NCBI GenBank assembly: GCA_046290465.1
Contig: JBKAGP010000001.1
Coordinates: forward strand, 4,608,001 to 4,672,000
From: Planctomycetota bacterium
Lineage (GTDB): Bacteria; Planctomycetota; UBA1135; UBA2386
Length of the DNA: 64,000 bases
Reading direction: 5' to 3'
The notes under the pieces are model-generated. The model saw nothing but the letters and a program-made list of their open reading frames with translations, was not told the DNA's origin and did not search any database. Positions 45,546 to 56,404 of this stretch are shown in pieces. Position 1 is the first letter of the stretch. Every line of letters begins with the position of its first letter. A program made the translations under genes and the position numbers.

Positions 45546-46124
45546 ATGAGCCGATCCCAGCGCAGCCGGTCCCTCCGCGGCAGATCCCTCCGCGGCCGGG
45601 CCCTCCGCCGGGCGTCGTGGCTGCCGCTCGCGGTGCTGGCCGCGTGCGGTGCCGGGACCGAAGGCACTGCCGAGCTCGAACAGCGCCTGCTGGCCGCGGC
45701 CGAACGCATGGCGGTGGCGTTCACGACGATGGACCTGGATGCGCAGGTCGAGCTGACCCACCCGTCGGTGGTCCGGCAGCTCGGCGGCGAGCAGGGCTAC
45801 CGGCGGGTGCTGGAGCGCGGCAAGGCCAGCCTCGCCAAGGTCGAGCCGCCCAAGGGTCGGATCACCGGCGTCGATGGCCTGGTGGTGCGCGGCGAGAGCG
45901 CGTTCGCGTTCGTCCGCATCGAGCTGGAGATGACCAACCAGTCGGGCGAGCGCGGCGTCGTCGACTCCTACTTCGCCGCCGAGTCGCCGGCGGACGGCTC
46001 GTCGTGGAAGTTCCTCGACGGCAGCGGCCTGCAGGGCAGCCTCGCGCTGCTGCGCAAGGCGATCCCGGCGTGGCCGGACGAACTGCCCCCGCCGCAGACG
46101 GCCGGGACGTTCCGGAAGCTCTGA
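45546..46124 (+). CDS. Hypothetical lipoprotein
   Basis: LAAC lipobox; SWKFLDG motif. Confidence 0.65.
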   Translation: MSRSQRSRSLRGRSLRGRALRRASWLPLAVLAACGAGTEGTAELEQRLLAAAERMAVAFTTMDLDAQVELTHPSVVRQLGGEQGYRRVLERGKASLAKVEPPKGRITGVDGLVVRGESAFAFVRIELEMTNQSGERGVVDSYFAAESPADGSSWKFLDGSGLQGSLALLRKAIPAWPDELPPPQTAGTFRKL

Positions 46125-46502
46125 TCAGACGCTGCGCGTCAGCCGGCTGCCCGCGTCGTTCTCGGTCCGGTCGTAGCCGCGCAGCACCTTCTTGCCGCGC
46201 CGCTGCTTGCCGAGCTCCTTGCGGATGCCGTCGAGGCCGGCCTTCATCGCGTGCTGCAGCAGGCCGAAGGTGGTCGCGGCACGTTCGCGCAGCTTGCGCT
46301 CCGCTGGCGTATCGGTCGCGCCGTCGCCGGCCGCGCGTGCGTGGGCCTCGGCCTGTTCGAGCAGGCTGGTCACCGTGTCGAGCTCGTCGCGGGCCATGGC
46401 CTCGTGGGCCTGGCTCCAGCAGGCGTCGAGCTCCTGCAGCGCGAACGCGACGTCACTCTGCGTCGCGTAGGCGTCGGCTTCGCTAGGCCGGGACGATGCC
46501 AT
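46125..46502 (-). CDS. FliT-like flagellar chaperone (putative)
   Basis: Helical 125 aa protein overlapping the fliS end; C-terminal KKVLRGY. Confidence 0.5.
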   Translation of the reverse strand: MASSRPSEADAYATQSDVAFALQELDACWSQAHEAMARDELDTVTSLLEQAEAHARAAGDGATDTPAERKLRERAATTFGLLQHAMKAGLDGIRKELGKQRRGKKVLRGYDRTENDAGSRLTRSV

Positions 46503-46863
46503 CCCAGCCTTCCTTGAGCGTGCGCATGACCTGCAGCGTCGCGTTGACGCCGTCGATCGTACGCTGCAGGTTGGCCTGGCTGAGCTGGTCGAGCGAGAAC
46601 TCGTAGAGCGAGTCCAGGTTGCGCGAGATGTCGCCGCCGGCCGCGTGGTCGAGGCTGGCGCGCAGTTCGCCGATGATGCCCATCGCCTTGCTGAGGGCGT
46701 TGCCGACCTCCTGCGAACGGGCCGTCGACGGATCCTCGATGCCGGCGCGCGCCTGCTCGAGGTTCTTGAGGGCGCCGTCGTAGAGCATCTTGACGAGCTT
46801 CTCCGGCGAAGCCGTCATCACCGCGTTGCGTTGGTAGGTCGCCGCTGCCTGTGCGTAAGTCAT
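46483..46863 (-). CDS. fliS: Flagellin chaperone FliS
   Basis: VMTASPEKLVKMLYDGA, ELRASLD, NLDSLY, LKEGW. Confidence 0.95.
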   Translation of the reverse strand: MTYAQAAATYQRNAVMTASPEKLVKMLYDGALKNLEQARAGIEDPSTARSQEVGNALSKAMGIIGELRASLDHAAGGDISRNLDSLYEFSLDQLSQANLQRTIDGVNATLQVMRTLKEGWDGIVPA

Positions 46864-46906
46864 GGGGGTCTCCTTTACCTGTCTCTCTTCTTCGGGGTTG
46901 GTCTGG

Positions 46907-48280
46907 TCACGCTTGTGCGATGTTGCCGATCGAGCTGCCCTGGCCCTGCAGGCGCGTCAGCAGCGTCTCGAGGTTGGCGTACTTCTGCGTCAGCCGCTCC
47001 TCGTAGAGGGTCAGCCGCCGCTCGGCGTCCTCGATGCGGTCCTTGGTCTGCTTGATGCGCCGGTCGAAACCTTCGGTGCGCGTCTTGATCAGGCCGTCGA
47101 CCGAGTCGGTGTAGAGGTCGATCTGGTCCTCGAGGGACTTGGCGATGCCGAACGTGTTGGAGGAGAACAGCGCGGTGACCGCGTCCTCGTCCTCGGCGAG
47201 CGCCTCCTCGAACTTGCTCTGGTTGAACTCGAGCTTGCCCTGCGTGTCGGCGGTGATGCCGATCTGCGAGAGCAGCTGGAACGCCTCGTTGCCGGTCTCG
47301 ACCGAGCCGCCGACGATGCTGCGCAGGCTCGATCGGATCGAGCGCAGCGTGGTGTCGCCGAACAGCGGGCCCGACGCGTTGCCCTCTTCGTCGACCTGGT
47401 TCTGCGCTTCGAAGAAGTCGACCAGGCTGTTGTAGGCCTCGACGAACTCCTTGACGTTGGTGCTCGTCTCCTCGCCGTCGGTCGCGACGGTGATCGTGAC
47501 GGTCTCGGCGAGGTCCGCGGACTTCAGGTCCAGCGTGATGCCGTTGAACAGGTCGCTGATCGTGTTGGTCGACCGGTAGGCGGTGACCCCGTTGACCTCG
47601 AGCTTGGCGTCCTGCGCCGCGGTCTCGTTGGCGTTGAGCGTGTTGACGAGGTCCTGGAAGCCGGTGCCGCCGTCGTCGTAGGTCAGCGTGAAGCCGTTCT
47701 CGGCGCCGGGCTCCTCGGAGCGCAGCACCAGCTGGTAGCGCTGGCTCGGGTCGGGGTTGCCCGACCCGGTGTCGACGACCTCGGCGCGCACGCCGCTGTT
47801 GTCGGTCTCGGCGTTGATCGCCGCGGCGATCGAGTCGAGGTTGTTGTTCGCGGTGATGAAGTAGGTCTCGCCACCCGAGTCGATCTGCAGTGAGACGGTC
47901 GAGTTGGAGTTGGCGATCGGGTCGCTCGGCGACGCGGCGCCGGCCTTGTTGATCTGGCCGCTGGCGAGGCGCTCGACCTTGACCTCGTAGGTCCCCGGCG
48001 TCGCCGTGCTGCTGGCGCTCGCCGTCAGGATGTCCTCGTTGCTCGACGTCGCCGACATCGACAGGAAGCTGCTGGTCGTCTTCAGCTTCTTGGCGGCGTC
48101 CGTCAGCTTGGTCAGCAGGCCGTCGAGGTCGCCGAACAGCGACTTCTGCTTCTTGAGATCGCTCTCCTTCTGCTCGAGCTGGAAGATCGGTCGCTGCTCG
48201 ACCGCGACCAGCGCCGAGATGATCGCCTGCGTGTCCAGACCGGACGCGAGGCCACCGAAGCTGATTCCTGCTGTGGACAT
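46907..48280 (-). CDS. fliD: Flagellar filament cap FliD
   Basis: GLASGLDT, GTYEVKVERLA, AQDA, FVEAYN, LFGD, LSQIGI. Confidence 0.95.
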   Translation of the reverse strand: MSTAGISFGGLASGLDTQAIISALVAVEQRPIFQLEQKESDLKKQKSLFGDLDGLLTKLTDAAKKLKTTSSFLSMSATSSNEDILTASASSTATPGTYEVKVERLASGQINKAGAASPSDPIANSNSTVSLQIDSGGETYFITANNNLDSIAAAINAETDNSGVRAEVVDTGSGNPDPSQRYQLVLRSEEPGAENGFTLTYDDGGTGFQDLVNTLNANETAAQDAKLEVNGVTAYRSTNTISDLFNGITLDLKSADLAETVTITVATDGEETSTNVKEFVEAYNSLVDFFEAQNQVDEEGNASGPLFGDTTLRSIRSSLRSIVGGSVETGNEAFQLLSQIGITADTQGKLEFNQSKFEEALAEDEDAVTALFSSNTFGIAKSLEDQIDLYTDSVDGLIKTRTEGFDRRIKQTKDRIEDAERRLTLYEERLTQKYANLETLLTRLQGQGSSIGNIAQA

Positions 48281-48315
48281 GATTAGGTTGGCGCGGAACG
48301 GATTCCGCTACGGAA

Positions 48316-48343
48316 CTATCGGAACGGGCCCGGGGTCACTTGA
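48316..48343 (-). promoter_or_regulatory. Sigma-28 promoter of fliD-fliS
   Basis: Minus strand TCAAG-N15-TCCGATAG. Confidence 0.7.
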
Positions 48344-48413
48344 CCGCGCAGTCGAGATTCCGGCCTTGTCGCCGGCGATTCGCCGCGGCTGCTGGGCCCA
48401 GAGGCCGGCCTCG

Positions 48414-48488
48414 GGCATGCCGGTCTCAGGTGTGCCGGTCCAGGGTGTGCCGGTCCAGGGCGTGCCGGTCCACGGCGTGCCGGTCGAG
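48414..48488. repeat. 15-bp tandem repeat x5 (GG(T/C)GTGCCGGTCCAG)
   Basis: Read directly in the flaG-fliD intergenic region. Confidence 0.9.
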
Positions 48489-48510
48489 AACGTGCCTAGA
48501 ACGTGTCGGA

Positions 48511-48918
48511 CTAGAACTTGCGGTCGAGCAGCGCGCCGTGGAACTCGCGCAGCTGTTCGAACAGCCCGCCGGCTTCGCCCTCGGGGACCTGCCTGAGCAG
48601 TTCGCCGGTGTCGCGGTCGCGAATCTGGAACGTCACCTGCTCCTGCTGCACGTCGACCTGGATGTCGAGCTCCGTGCTGCCGGGGATCCGCAGGAACCTG
48701 GCGATCTTCTCCTGTGCCTCGCGGCGTCGCGCCTCGTCGTTGGCGTCCCGCTCGAGCCGGCTCTGCTGGTCCGTCTGGCTCGACGCCAGCGGCCCACCGT
48801 GCTGTGGCTCGACGGGCCGGGGCGCGTCGTCCGGCTGTTCGACGCGCTCCTGCGGCGCGGTCTTCTGCGTGCGCAGGTCCTGCGCGCGATCTCCGAGGGA
48901 TGTGCGATCGAGGTCCAT
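48511..48918 (-). CDS. flaG: FlaG family protein
   Basis: IRDRDTGELLRQVP...GALLD; lies between flagellin and fliD. Confidence 0.85.
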   Translation of the reverse strand: MDLDRTSLGDRAQDLRTQKTAPQERVEQPDDAPRPVEPQHGGPLASSQTDQQSRLERDANDEARRREAQEKIARFLRIPGSTELDIQVDVQQEQVTFQIRDRDTGELLRQVPEGEAGGLFEQLREFHGALLDRKF

Positions 48919-49003
48919 GTCGTCTCCTGTTTCCAGATGGTCGCCGCCGGATCCTCACGGTCCGGCCGACGACCTCCTCCCGCCGAGCCTCGCTCGCCCT
49001 CGA

Positions 49004-49831
49004 TCAGCCCAACAGACGGAGGGCCGACTGCGGTTGAGCGTTGGCCTGCGACAGGACCGAGATGCTGGCCTGCTGCAGGATGTTGTTGCGCGTCAGCTGC
49101 GCCGTCTCGAAGGCGACGTCGACGTCGCGGATCCGCGATTCGGCAGCACTGAGGTTCTCGCTGGTGATCGCGAGGTTGTTGATCGTGCTGCCCAGACGGT
49201 TCTGGACGGCGCCGAGCGAACCGCGCAGCGAGCTGATCGCGTTGATGGCCGAGTCGATGTTGGTGATCGCCGTCGTGGTCGAACCGCTCGAGCCGATGTC
49301 GAGCGAGTTGAGCGCCAGCGACGTGCTCAGCGCGGCCGACAGGCTGACCGAGATCGTGTCGATGCCGGTCGTGGTGCCATAGCCGACCTGGAAGCTGACC
49401 GCGCTGGACGAGCCGTCGAGCAGCTTGATGCCCGAGAACTCGGTCGAACGGCCGATCCGGTTGACCTCGTTGACCAGGCTGGTGAACTCCTCGTTGAGCG
49501 TCGACTTGTCCTGGTCGCTGACCGAGCCGTTGCTGGCCTGGATCGACAGTTCGCGCAGGCGGGTCAGGATCGAGCTGACCTCGTTGAGCGCACCTTCCGC
49601 GGTCTGCACCAACGAGATGCCGTCGTTCGCGTTCCGCTTGGCCTGGTCGACCGAACGGATCTGCGAGCGCAAGCGCTCGGAGATCGCGAGGCCAGCAGCA
49701 TCGTCGGCCGCCGACGAGATGCGAAGGCCAGTGGACAGGCGGCGGAAGTTGCCGCTGAGCTTCTCACTGACGCCAGCCAGGTTGCGCTGTGCGTTGATCG
49801 AAGCGGTGTTGGTGTTGACTCGAAGTCCCAT
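49004..49831 (-). CDS. fliC: Flagellin (275 aa)
   Basis: [22 protein letters not shown] ... [11 protein letters not shown]. Confidence 0.97.
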   Translation of the reverse strand: MGLRVNTNTASINAQRNLAGVSEKLSGNFRRLSTGLRISSAADDAAGLAISERLRSQIRSVDQAKRNANDGISLVQTAEGALNEVSSILTRLRELSIQASNGSVSDQDKSTLNEEFTSLVNEVNRIGRSTEFSGIKLLDGSSSAVSFQVGYGTTTGIDTISVSLSAALSTSLALNSLDIGSSGSTTTAITNIDSAINAISSLRGSLGAVQNRLGSTINNLAITSENLSAAESRIRDVDVAFETAQLTRNNILQQASISVLSQANAQPQSALRLLG

Positions 49832-49892
49832 TTTCTCCCCGTTGCGTAGCTCGTTAGTGGTGTGTGGGGCACGCCTGGACGCGCCATGAAGT

Positions 49893-49921
49893 GGATCGGC
49901 ATAGCCGGGGAAGGGACCTGA
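49893..49921 (-). promoter_or_regulatory. Putative sigma-28 promoter of flagellin
   Basis: Minus strand TCAGG-N16-GCCGATCC. Confidence 0.55.
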
Positions 49922-50006
49922 AGGCCAAACGTCGGATTTCTGGCCGCACTGTGCGATTCCACGACGTTCTGCCAATGGCAACGCGCCGTGGACGTCGCAC
50001 GATCCA

Positions 50007-50834
50007 TCAGCCGAGCAGGCGCAATGCGGTCTGCGGCAGCGCGTTGGTCTGCGCGAGCACGCCGACGGCAGCCTGCTGCATGATCTGCAGGCGGGTGAGC
50101 TGGGCGGTCTCGTAGGCGACGTCGACGTCGCGGATGCGCGACTCGGCCGCGGTGAGGTTCTCGGCGGTGGCGCCCAGGTTGCTGATCGTCGACTGCAGGC
50201 GGTTCTGGGTCGCGCCGAGGCGGCCGCGCAGGCCCGACACCGAGTCGATCGCCGAGTCGATCGCGGTGATCGCGGCGGTCGGGTTGCCGGTGCTGCCGAT
50301 GTCGAGCGTGTCGATGCTCAGGTCGGCGGCCCGCGCCGAGCTCAGGTTGACCGACAGCGTGTCGACGCCGGTGGTCGTGCCGATGCCGACCTGGAACGTC
50401 ACCGAAGCCTGCGAGCCGTCGAGCAGGTTGATGTTGTTGAACTCGGTCGACTGCGCGATCCGGTCGATCTCGTCGACCAGGTCCGAGAACTCCTGCTGCA
50501 GCGTGTCGCGGTCGGCGCCGGACACCGTGCCGTTGTTGGCCTGCACCGACAGCTCGCGCAGCCGCAGCAGCAGGTTGCCGGTCTCGTCGAGCGCGCCCTC
50601 GGCGGTCTGCACCATCGAGATGCCGTCGTTGGCGTTGCGCCGCGCCTGGTCCATCGAGCGGATCTGCGCCCGCAGCCGTTCGGAGATCGCCAGGCCGGCG
50701 GCATCGTCGGCGGCGGTCGCGATGCGCAGGCCGCTGCTGAGCCGGCGGAAGCTCTGGCCGAGCTTCTGGGTGACGGAGCCGAGGCTGCGCTGGGCCTGGA
50801 TGGACGCGATGTTCGTGTTGACGGTCAGTGCCAT
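50007..50834 (-). CDS. fliC: Flagellin (275 aa, most divergent paralog)
   Basis: [41 protein letters not shown]. Confidence 0.97.
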   Translation of the reverse strand: MALTVNTNIASIQAQRSLGSVTQKLGQSFRRLSSGLRIATAADDAAGLAISERLRAQIRSMDQARRNANDGISMVQTAEGALDETGNLLLRLRELSVQANNGTVSGADRDTLQQEFSDLVDEIDRIAQSTEFNNINLLDGSQASVTFQVGIGTTTGVDTLSVNLSSARAADLSIDTLDIGSTGNPTAAITAIDSAIDSVSGLRGRLGATQNRLQSTISNLGATAENLTAAESRIRDVDVAYETAQLTRLQIMQQAAVGVLAQTNALPQTALRLLG

Positions 50835-50998
50835 GTCGTCTGTTCCCCTGTTGTCTCGCCGGCGGTCGTGCCGGCGACGGGGATTCACGGCGAGACCGCG
50901 GTCGGCTTCAGCGAGAACTGTCGGCTTTCTGGACGGTGCCCCGGATCGAGACGCGGTCGTGGTTGCAGCAGCGGCCGCACCAGCGCCGGCTGGCGGTT

Positions 50999-51120
50999 GC
51001 CCTCGGCGAGCATCGCGACGCCCTGCTCGGCATCGCGGCGCGCCTGGTCGTAGCTGCGGATCCGCGCGCGCAGCCGTGCGGACCTCGGAGCCGGCCGTGC
51101 TGGCTCGCGCCGGTCGCCAC
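50999..51120 (-). pseudogene. Decayed flagellin fragment
   Basis: [28 protein letters not shown] versus [30 protein letters not shown] of the neighbouring flagellin; no in-frame start after the terminator. Confidence 0.65.
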
Positions 51121-51132
51121 GAAGGCCCGCAA

Positions 51133-51180
51133 ACGACGAACGGCGCCGCCTCCGCGCGGGAGGCGACGCCGTCGTCGTGG
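51133..51180 (-). terminator. Intrinsic terminator-like hairpin after flagellin
   Basis: Minus strand ACGACGACGGCGTCGCCTCC-cgcgc-GGAGGCGGCGCCGTTCGTCGT-TT. Confidence 0.6.
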
Positions 51181-51219
51181 CGAGCGGTAGGAGCGGCCGC
51201 TCCCGGGTTCGTGATCGGA

Positions 51220-52047
51220 CTAGCCGAGCAGCGACAGGGCCGACTGCGGCTGGGCGTTGGCCTGGGCCAACACCGAGATGCTGGCCGACTGCAGGATGTT
51301 GTTGCGCGTCAGCTGGGCGGTCTCGTAGGCGACGTCGACGTCGCGGATCCGCGACTCGGCAGCGCTGAGGTTCTCGGTCTGAATGGCGAGGTTGTTGATC
51401 GTGCTGCCCAGACGGTTCTGCACGGCACCGAGCGAACCGCGCAGCGAGCTGATCGTGTTGATCGCCGTGTCGATGTTGGTGATCGCGGTGGTGGTCGAAC
51501 CGGTCGAGCCGATGTCGAGGTTGTTGAGCGCCAGCGAGGTGCTGAGCGCGGCCGACAGGCTGACCGACAGGGTGTCGATGCCCGAGGTCGTGCCGAAGCC
51601 GACCTGGAAGCTGACCGCGCTGGACGAGCCGTCGAGCAGCTTGATGCCGTTGAACTCGGTCGAGCGGCCGATCCGGTTGACCTCGTTGACCAGGCTCGAG
51701 AACTCCTCGTTGAGCGTCGACTTGTCCTGGTCGCTGACCGAGCCGTTGCTGGCCTGGATCGACAGTTCGCGCAGACGGGTCAGGATCGAGCTGACCTCGT
51801 TGAGCGCGCCCTCGGCGGTCTGCACGAGCGAGATGCCGTCGTTGGCGTTCCGCTTGGACTGCTCGAGCGAGCGGACCTGCGAGCGCAGGCGTTCGGAGAT
51901 CGCCAGGCCGGCGGCGTCGTCGGCGGCCGTCGAGATGCGGAGTCCGGTGGACAGGCGGCGGAAGTTGTCGCCGAGTCGGCTGGTGACCGACGACAGGTTT
52001 CGCTGCGCGTTGATGGACGTGACGTTGGTGTTGACTCGAAGACCCAT
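51220..52047 (-). CDS. fliC: Flagellin (275 aa)
   Basis: Canonical N- and C-terminal flagellin motifs. Confidence 0.97.
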   Translation of the reverse strand: MGLRVNTNVTSINAQRNLSSVTSRLGDNFRRLSTGLRISTAADDAAGLAISERLRSQVRSLEQSKRNANDGISLVQTAEGALNEVSSILTRLRELSIQASNGSVSDQDKSTLNEEFSSLVNEVNRIGRSTEFNGIKLLDGSSSAVSFQVGFGTTSGIDTLSVSLSAALSTSLALNNLDIGSTGSTTTAITNIDTAINTISSLRGSLGAVQNRLGSTINNLAIQTENLSAAESRIRDVDVAYETAQLTRNNILQSASISVLAQANAQPQSALSLLG

Positions 52048-52371
52048 GTGTTCCCTGTTGTGTCTGCGGTGGTGCCGGCCTGGCCGGACATCGGATACAC
52101 GGATGCTCGGTGGGAGTGCTCATTGCTTGAGCGGTGGCGGCCTGGAATCGGGCCGTGGTGTCGCCAAACGCGGCGAACCGATGCCGTTCTCGTCAGCCAT
52201 TGGCCGGTGATACCGGACGGACGCCCGGCGGCGTTTTTCTTGCGGCGTATGCCTCGGCGGGGTGTCGAAGATTCGAACGGCCGCGCGGCGCCGGTCTCAT
52301 CTCTGGTCACGCGGCGCGGCTCCGATCGCCGCGGCGGCGCGCCGGCGCGGCGGCGCGTCGGTGTGCCGGTA

Positions 52372-52420
52372 CGCAACGAAGGCGGCGCCCTCCGATCGGA
52401 GGACGCCGCCTGCTTGCGTT
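52372..52420 (-). terminator. Intrinsic terminator-like hairpin after flagellin
   Basis: Minus strand AGGCGGCGTCCTCC-gatc-GGAGGGCGCCGCCT. Confidence 0.6.
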
Positions 52421-52438
52421 GCTCTGCCGGAGAGCGCG

Positions 52439-53266
52439 TTAGCCGAGCAGCTGCAGGGCCGACTGCGGCTGGGCGTTGGCCTGCGACAACACCGAGATGC
52501 TGGCCGACTGCAGGATGTTGTTGCGCGTCAGCTGGGCGGTCTCGTAGGCGACGTCGACGTCGCGGATCCGCGACTCGGCAGCGCTGAGGTTCTCGCTCTG
52601 GATGGCGAGGTTGTTGATCGTGCTGCCCAGACGGTTCTGCACGGCACCGAGCGAACCACGCAGCGAGCTGATCGTGTTGATCGCCGAGTCGATGTTGGTG
52701 ATCGCGGTGGTGGTCGAACCGGACGAGCCGATGTCGAGGTTGTTGAGCGCCAGCGAGGTGCTGAGCGCGGCCGACAGGCTGACCGACAGGGTGTCGATGC
52801 CCGAGGTCGTGCCGAAGCCGACCTGGAAGCTGACCGCGCTGGACGAGCCGTCGAGCAGCTTGATGCCGTTGAACTCGGTCGAGCGGCCGATCCGGTTGAC
52901 CTCGCTGACCAGGCTCGAGAACTCCTCGTTGAGCGTGGCCTTGTCCTGGTCGCTGACCGAGCCGTTGCTCGCCTGGATCGACAGCTCGCGCAGACGGACC
53001 AGGATCGAGCTGACCTCGTTGAGGGCGCCCTCGGCCGTCTGGACGAACGAGATGCCGTCGTTGGCGTTGCGCTTGGCCTGCTCGAGCGAGCGGACCTGCG
53101 AACGCAGGCGCTCCGAGATCGCCAGGCCGGCGGCGTCGTCGGCGGCCGTCGAGATGCGGAGGCCGGTGGACAGGCGGCGGAAGTTGTTGCTCAGCCGGCT
53201 GGTGACCGAGCTGAGGTTCCGCTGCGCGTTGATGGAAGTGACGTTCGTGTTGACTCTGAGACCCAT
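52439..53266 (-). CDS. fliC: Flagellin (275 aa)
   Basis: Canonical flagellin motifs; nearly identical to 51220..52047. Confidence 0.97.
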   Translation of the reverse strand: MGLRVNTNVTSINAQRNLSSVTSRLSNNFRRLSTGLRISTAADDAAGLAISERLRSQVRSLEQAKRNANDGISFVQTAEGALNEVSSILVRLRELSIQASNGSVSDQDKATLNEEFSSLVSEVNRIGRSTEFNGIKLLDGSSSAVSFQVGFGTTSGIDTLSVSLSAALSTSLALNNLDIGSSGSTTTAITNIDSAINTISSLRGSLGAVQNRLGSTINNLAIQSENLSAAESRIRDVDVAYETAQLTRNNILQSASISVLSQANAQPQSALQLLG

Positions 53267-53503
53267 GATCCCCTGTTGCTCCTAGTGTGCCCCGTTTCAG
53301 GATGTTGACTTCGGAAGCATGATCCGGCGGTCCTGTTCACTCCTTGAGGCGGAGGGGTCCGAACAGGAGCAAATCGCAGCGATTTTGGGGAAGTGACCAA
53401 AAGGTCGACGCCCGTTCGTGCCGAAAAGCCCCTTGGCAAGGCACCCAACGGCTTTCCGCAGGCTGATCCCGAGCCTGATGGAAAACAGCACACAGGTCGG
53501 CAC

Positions 53504-54921
<1,418 letters not shown>

Positions 54922-54925
<4 letters not shown>

Positions 54926-55554
54926 GCACGCTCGCCCAGGACCGTCTGCCCGGCCTGATCGGCCACGAGCTGCGCAACCCGCTGGCGTCGGCGATGACCG
55001 GCGCGATGCTCGCCCGCGACATGATCGACGCCGACGACCCGCGCGCGATCGTGCTCGACGGCGTGCTGCGCGACCTCGACCGCATGACCGGCCTGATCGA
55101 CGGCTGGTTGGACCTGGCCCGCGACCAGCAGGCCGCGCTGGCCCGCGTCGACGTCGAAGAACTGCTGACCGCGGTCACCGATCGCCAGCGCGCCGAGCTG
55201 GTCTGTGCGCCGCCGTCGGTGGCGGTGCGCGGCAACCCGGTGCTGCTCGAGCGCGCGCTCGAGAACCTGTGCGAGAACGCCCGCAACGCCGGCGCGACGA
55301 CCGTGCGGTTCGCCGCCCAGCACGACGGGGACCACATCCACATCCACGTCGAGGACGACGGCAGCGGCGTGGCGCCGTGCGACGTCGAACGCATCTTCGA
55401 AGCCGGCTGGTCGGCGTCCGGTGGCACCGGCCTCGGCCTGCACGCCGTGCGCAGGACGATCGCCGCGATCGACGGCGAGGTCCGCTGCGTGGCGCTGCCC
55501 GTCGGCACCCGCTTCACCATCACGCTCCCCCGTGGGGAGTCCGCACCGGCATGA
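54922..55554 (+). CDS. Sensor-less histidine kinase (HisKA-HATPase only)
   Basis: GHELRNPL near residue 13; NLCENA, DDGSG, GTGLGL; 210 aa. Confidence 0.85.
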
Positions 55555-56402
55555 AGTGCCTGCTCGTCGACGACGAGCCCGGCATCCGTGAAGGGCTGGC
55601 CATGCTGCTGCGGCGGCGCGGCTACGAGGTGCAGACCGCCGAGGACTGCGCCGGCGCGGCGGCCGAGCTCGAAGCCCAGCGCTTCGACGTCGTGGTCACC
55701 GACTGGCGGCTGCCCGATGGCACCGCGGTGACGTTCGCCGCGGCCTGCGACTGCCCGGTGCTGGCCGTCAGCGGCCACCCCGAGGAGGTCCAGCAGGTCG
55801 GCGCGATCCGCGACGCGCTCGCCAAGCCGGTCCGCCCCGACCGCCTGCTCCAACGCATCGCCGAGCTGGTCGACGACGTCGAGCGCACGGCCGATGCCGA
55901 GGTCGCGCTGGTGCGTGACGTGCAGCAGGTCGTCGACGACGTGCTGGCCCAGCTCCCCGACGGCATCGACGTCACGTGCCACGACGACGGCACCTTCGTC
56001 GTGCTGCGCGCGGCGCTGCCGGCCGACCACACCCCGACGGTGCGGCACCTCGGCGGCGATCTGCGCGTGGTCGAGAACGGCCTCGGACGCGAGCTCGAGC
56101 TGCGGCTCTGCCGCGATGGCCGGCCCGATCCCAACACGCCGGTGGTCGCGGTCGACGCGGCCTGGCCAGAGGCCGACGCCTTCGCGCTCGACTGCGACGG
56201 CACCGACGCGAGCGAGCAGACGTTCTCGAACTGGTGCGCCGCTGTTGCAGAACGCAACGCCGCGGGCGGCAGGATCTGCCTGCTCAACGTGCCGGCGCGT
56301 CTCGAACCGATCACGGCAGTTTGGGAAACGACCCATGACATGCCGATGAGGGAACGGGTCGGACCCCGCCTGTCGGCGGAGCTGGCCGAACTCTGGAGCT
56401 AG
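55551..56402 (+). CDS. Response regulator with an atypical output (C-terminal STAS-like region)
   Basis: LVDDE, VVTDWRLPDG, VSG, LAKP; C-terminal FALDCDG...AGGRICLLNVP. Confidence 0.75.
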   Translation: MKCLLVDDEPGIREGLAMLLRRRGYEVQTAEDCAGAAAELEAQRFDVVVTDWRLPDGTAVTFAAACDCPVLAVSGHPEEVQQVGAIRDALAKPVRPDRLLQRIAELVDDVERTADAEVALVRDVQQVVDDVLAQLPDGIDVTCHDDGTFVVLRAALPADHTPTVRHLGGDLRVVENGLGRELELRLCRDGRPDPNTPVVAVDAAWPEADAFALDCDGTDASEQTFSNWCAAVAERNAAGGRICLLNVPARLEPITAVWETTHDMPMRERVGPRLSAELAELWS

Positions 56403-56404
56403 CC

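Noticed and set aside
48414..48510. Possible CRISPR or iteron array
   Set aside because: Contiguous 15-bp units with no spacers; no cas or rep genes.
52048..53400. Sigma-28 promoters for the two upstream flagellins
   Set aside because: Only partial matches (TCAAG-N14-ACCGAGCA; TCAAG-N14-GCCGGATC or ACAGG-N16-TCCGAAGT); too ambiguous to call.
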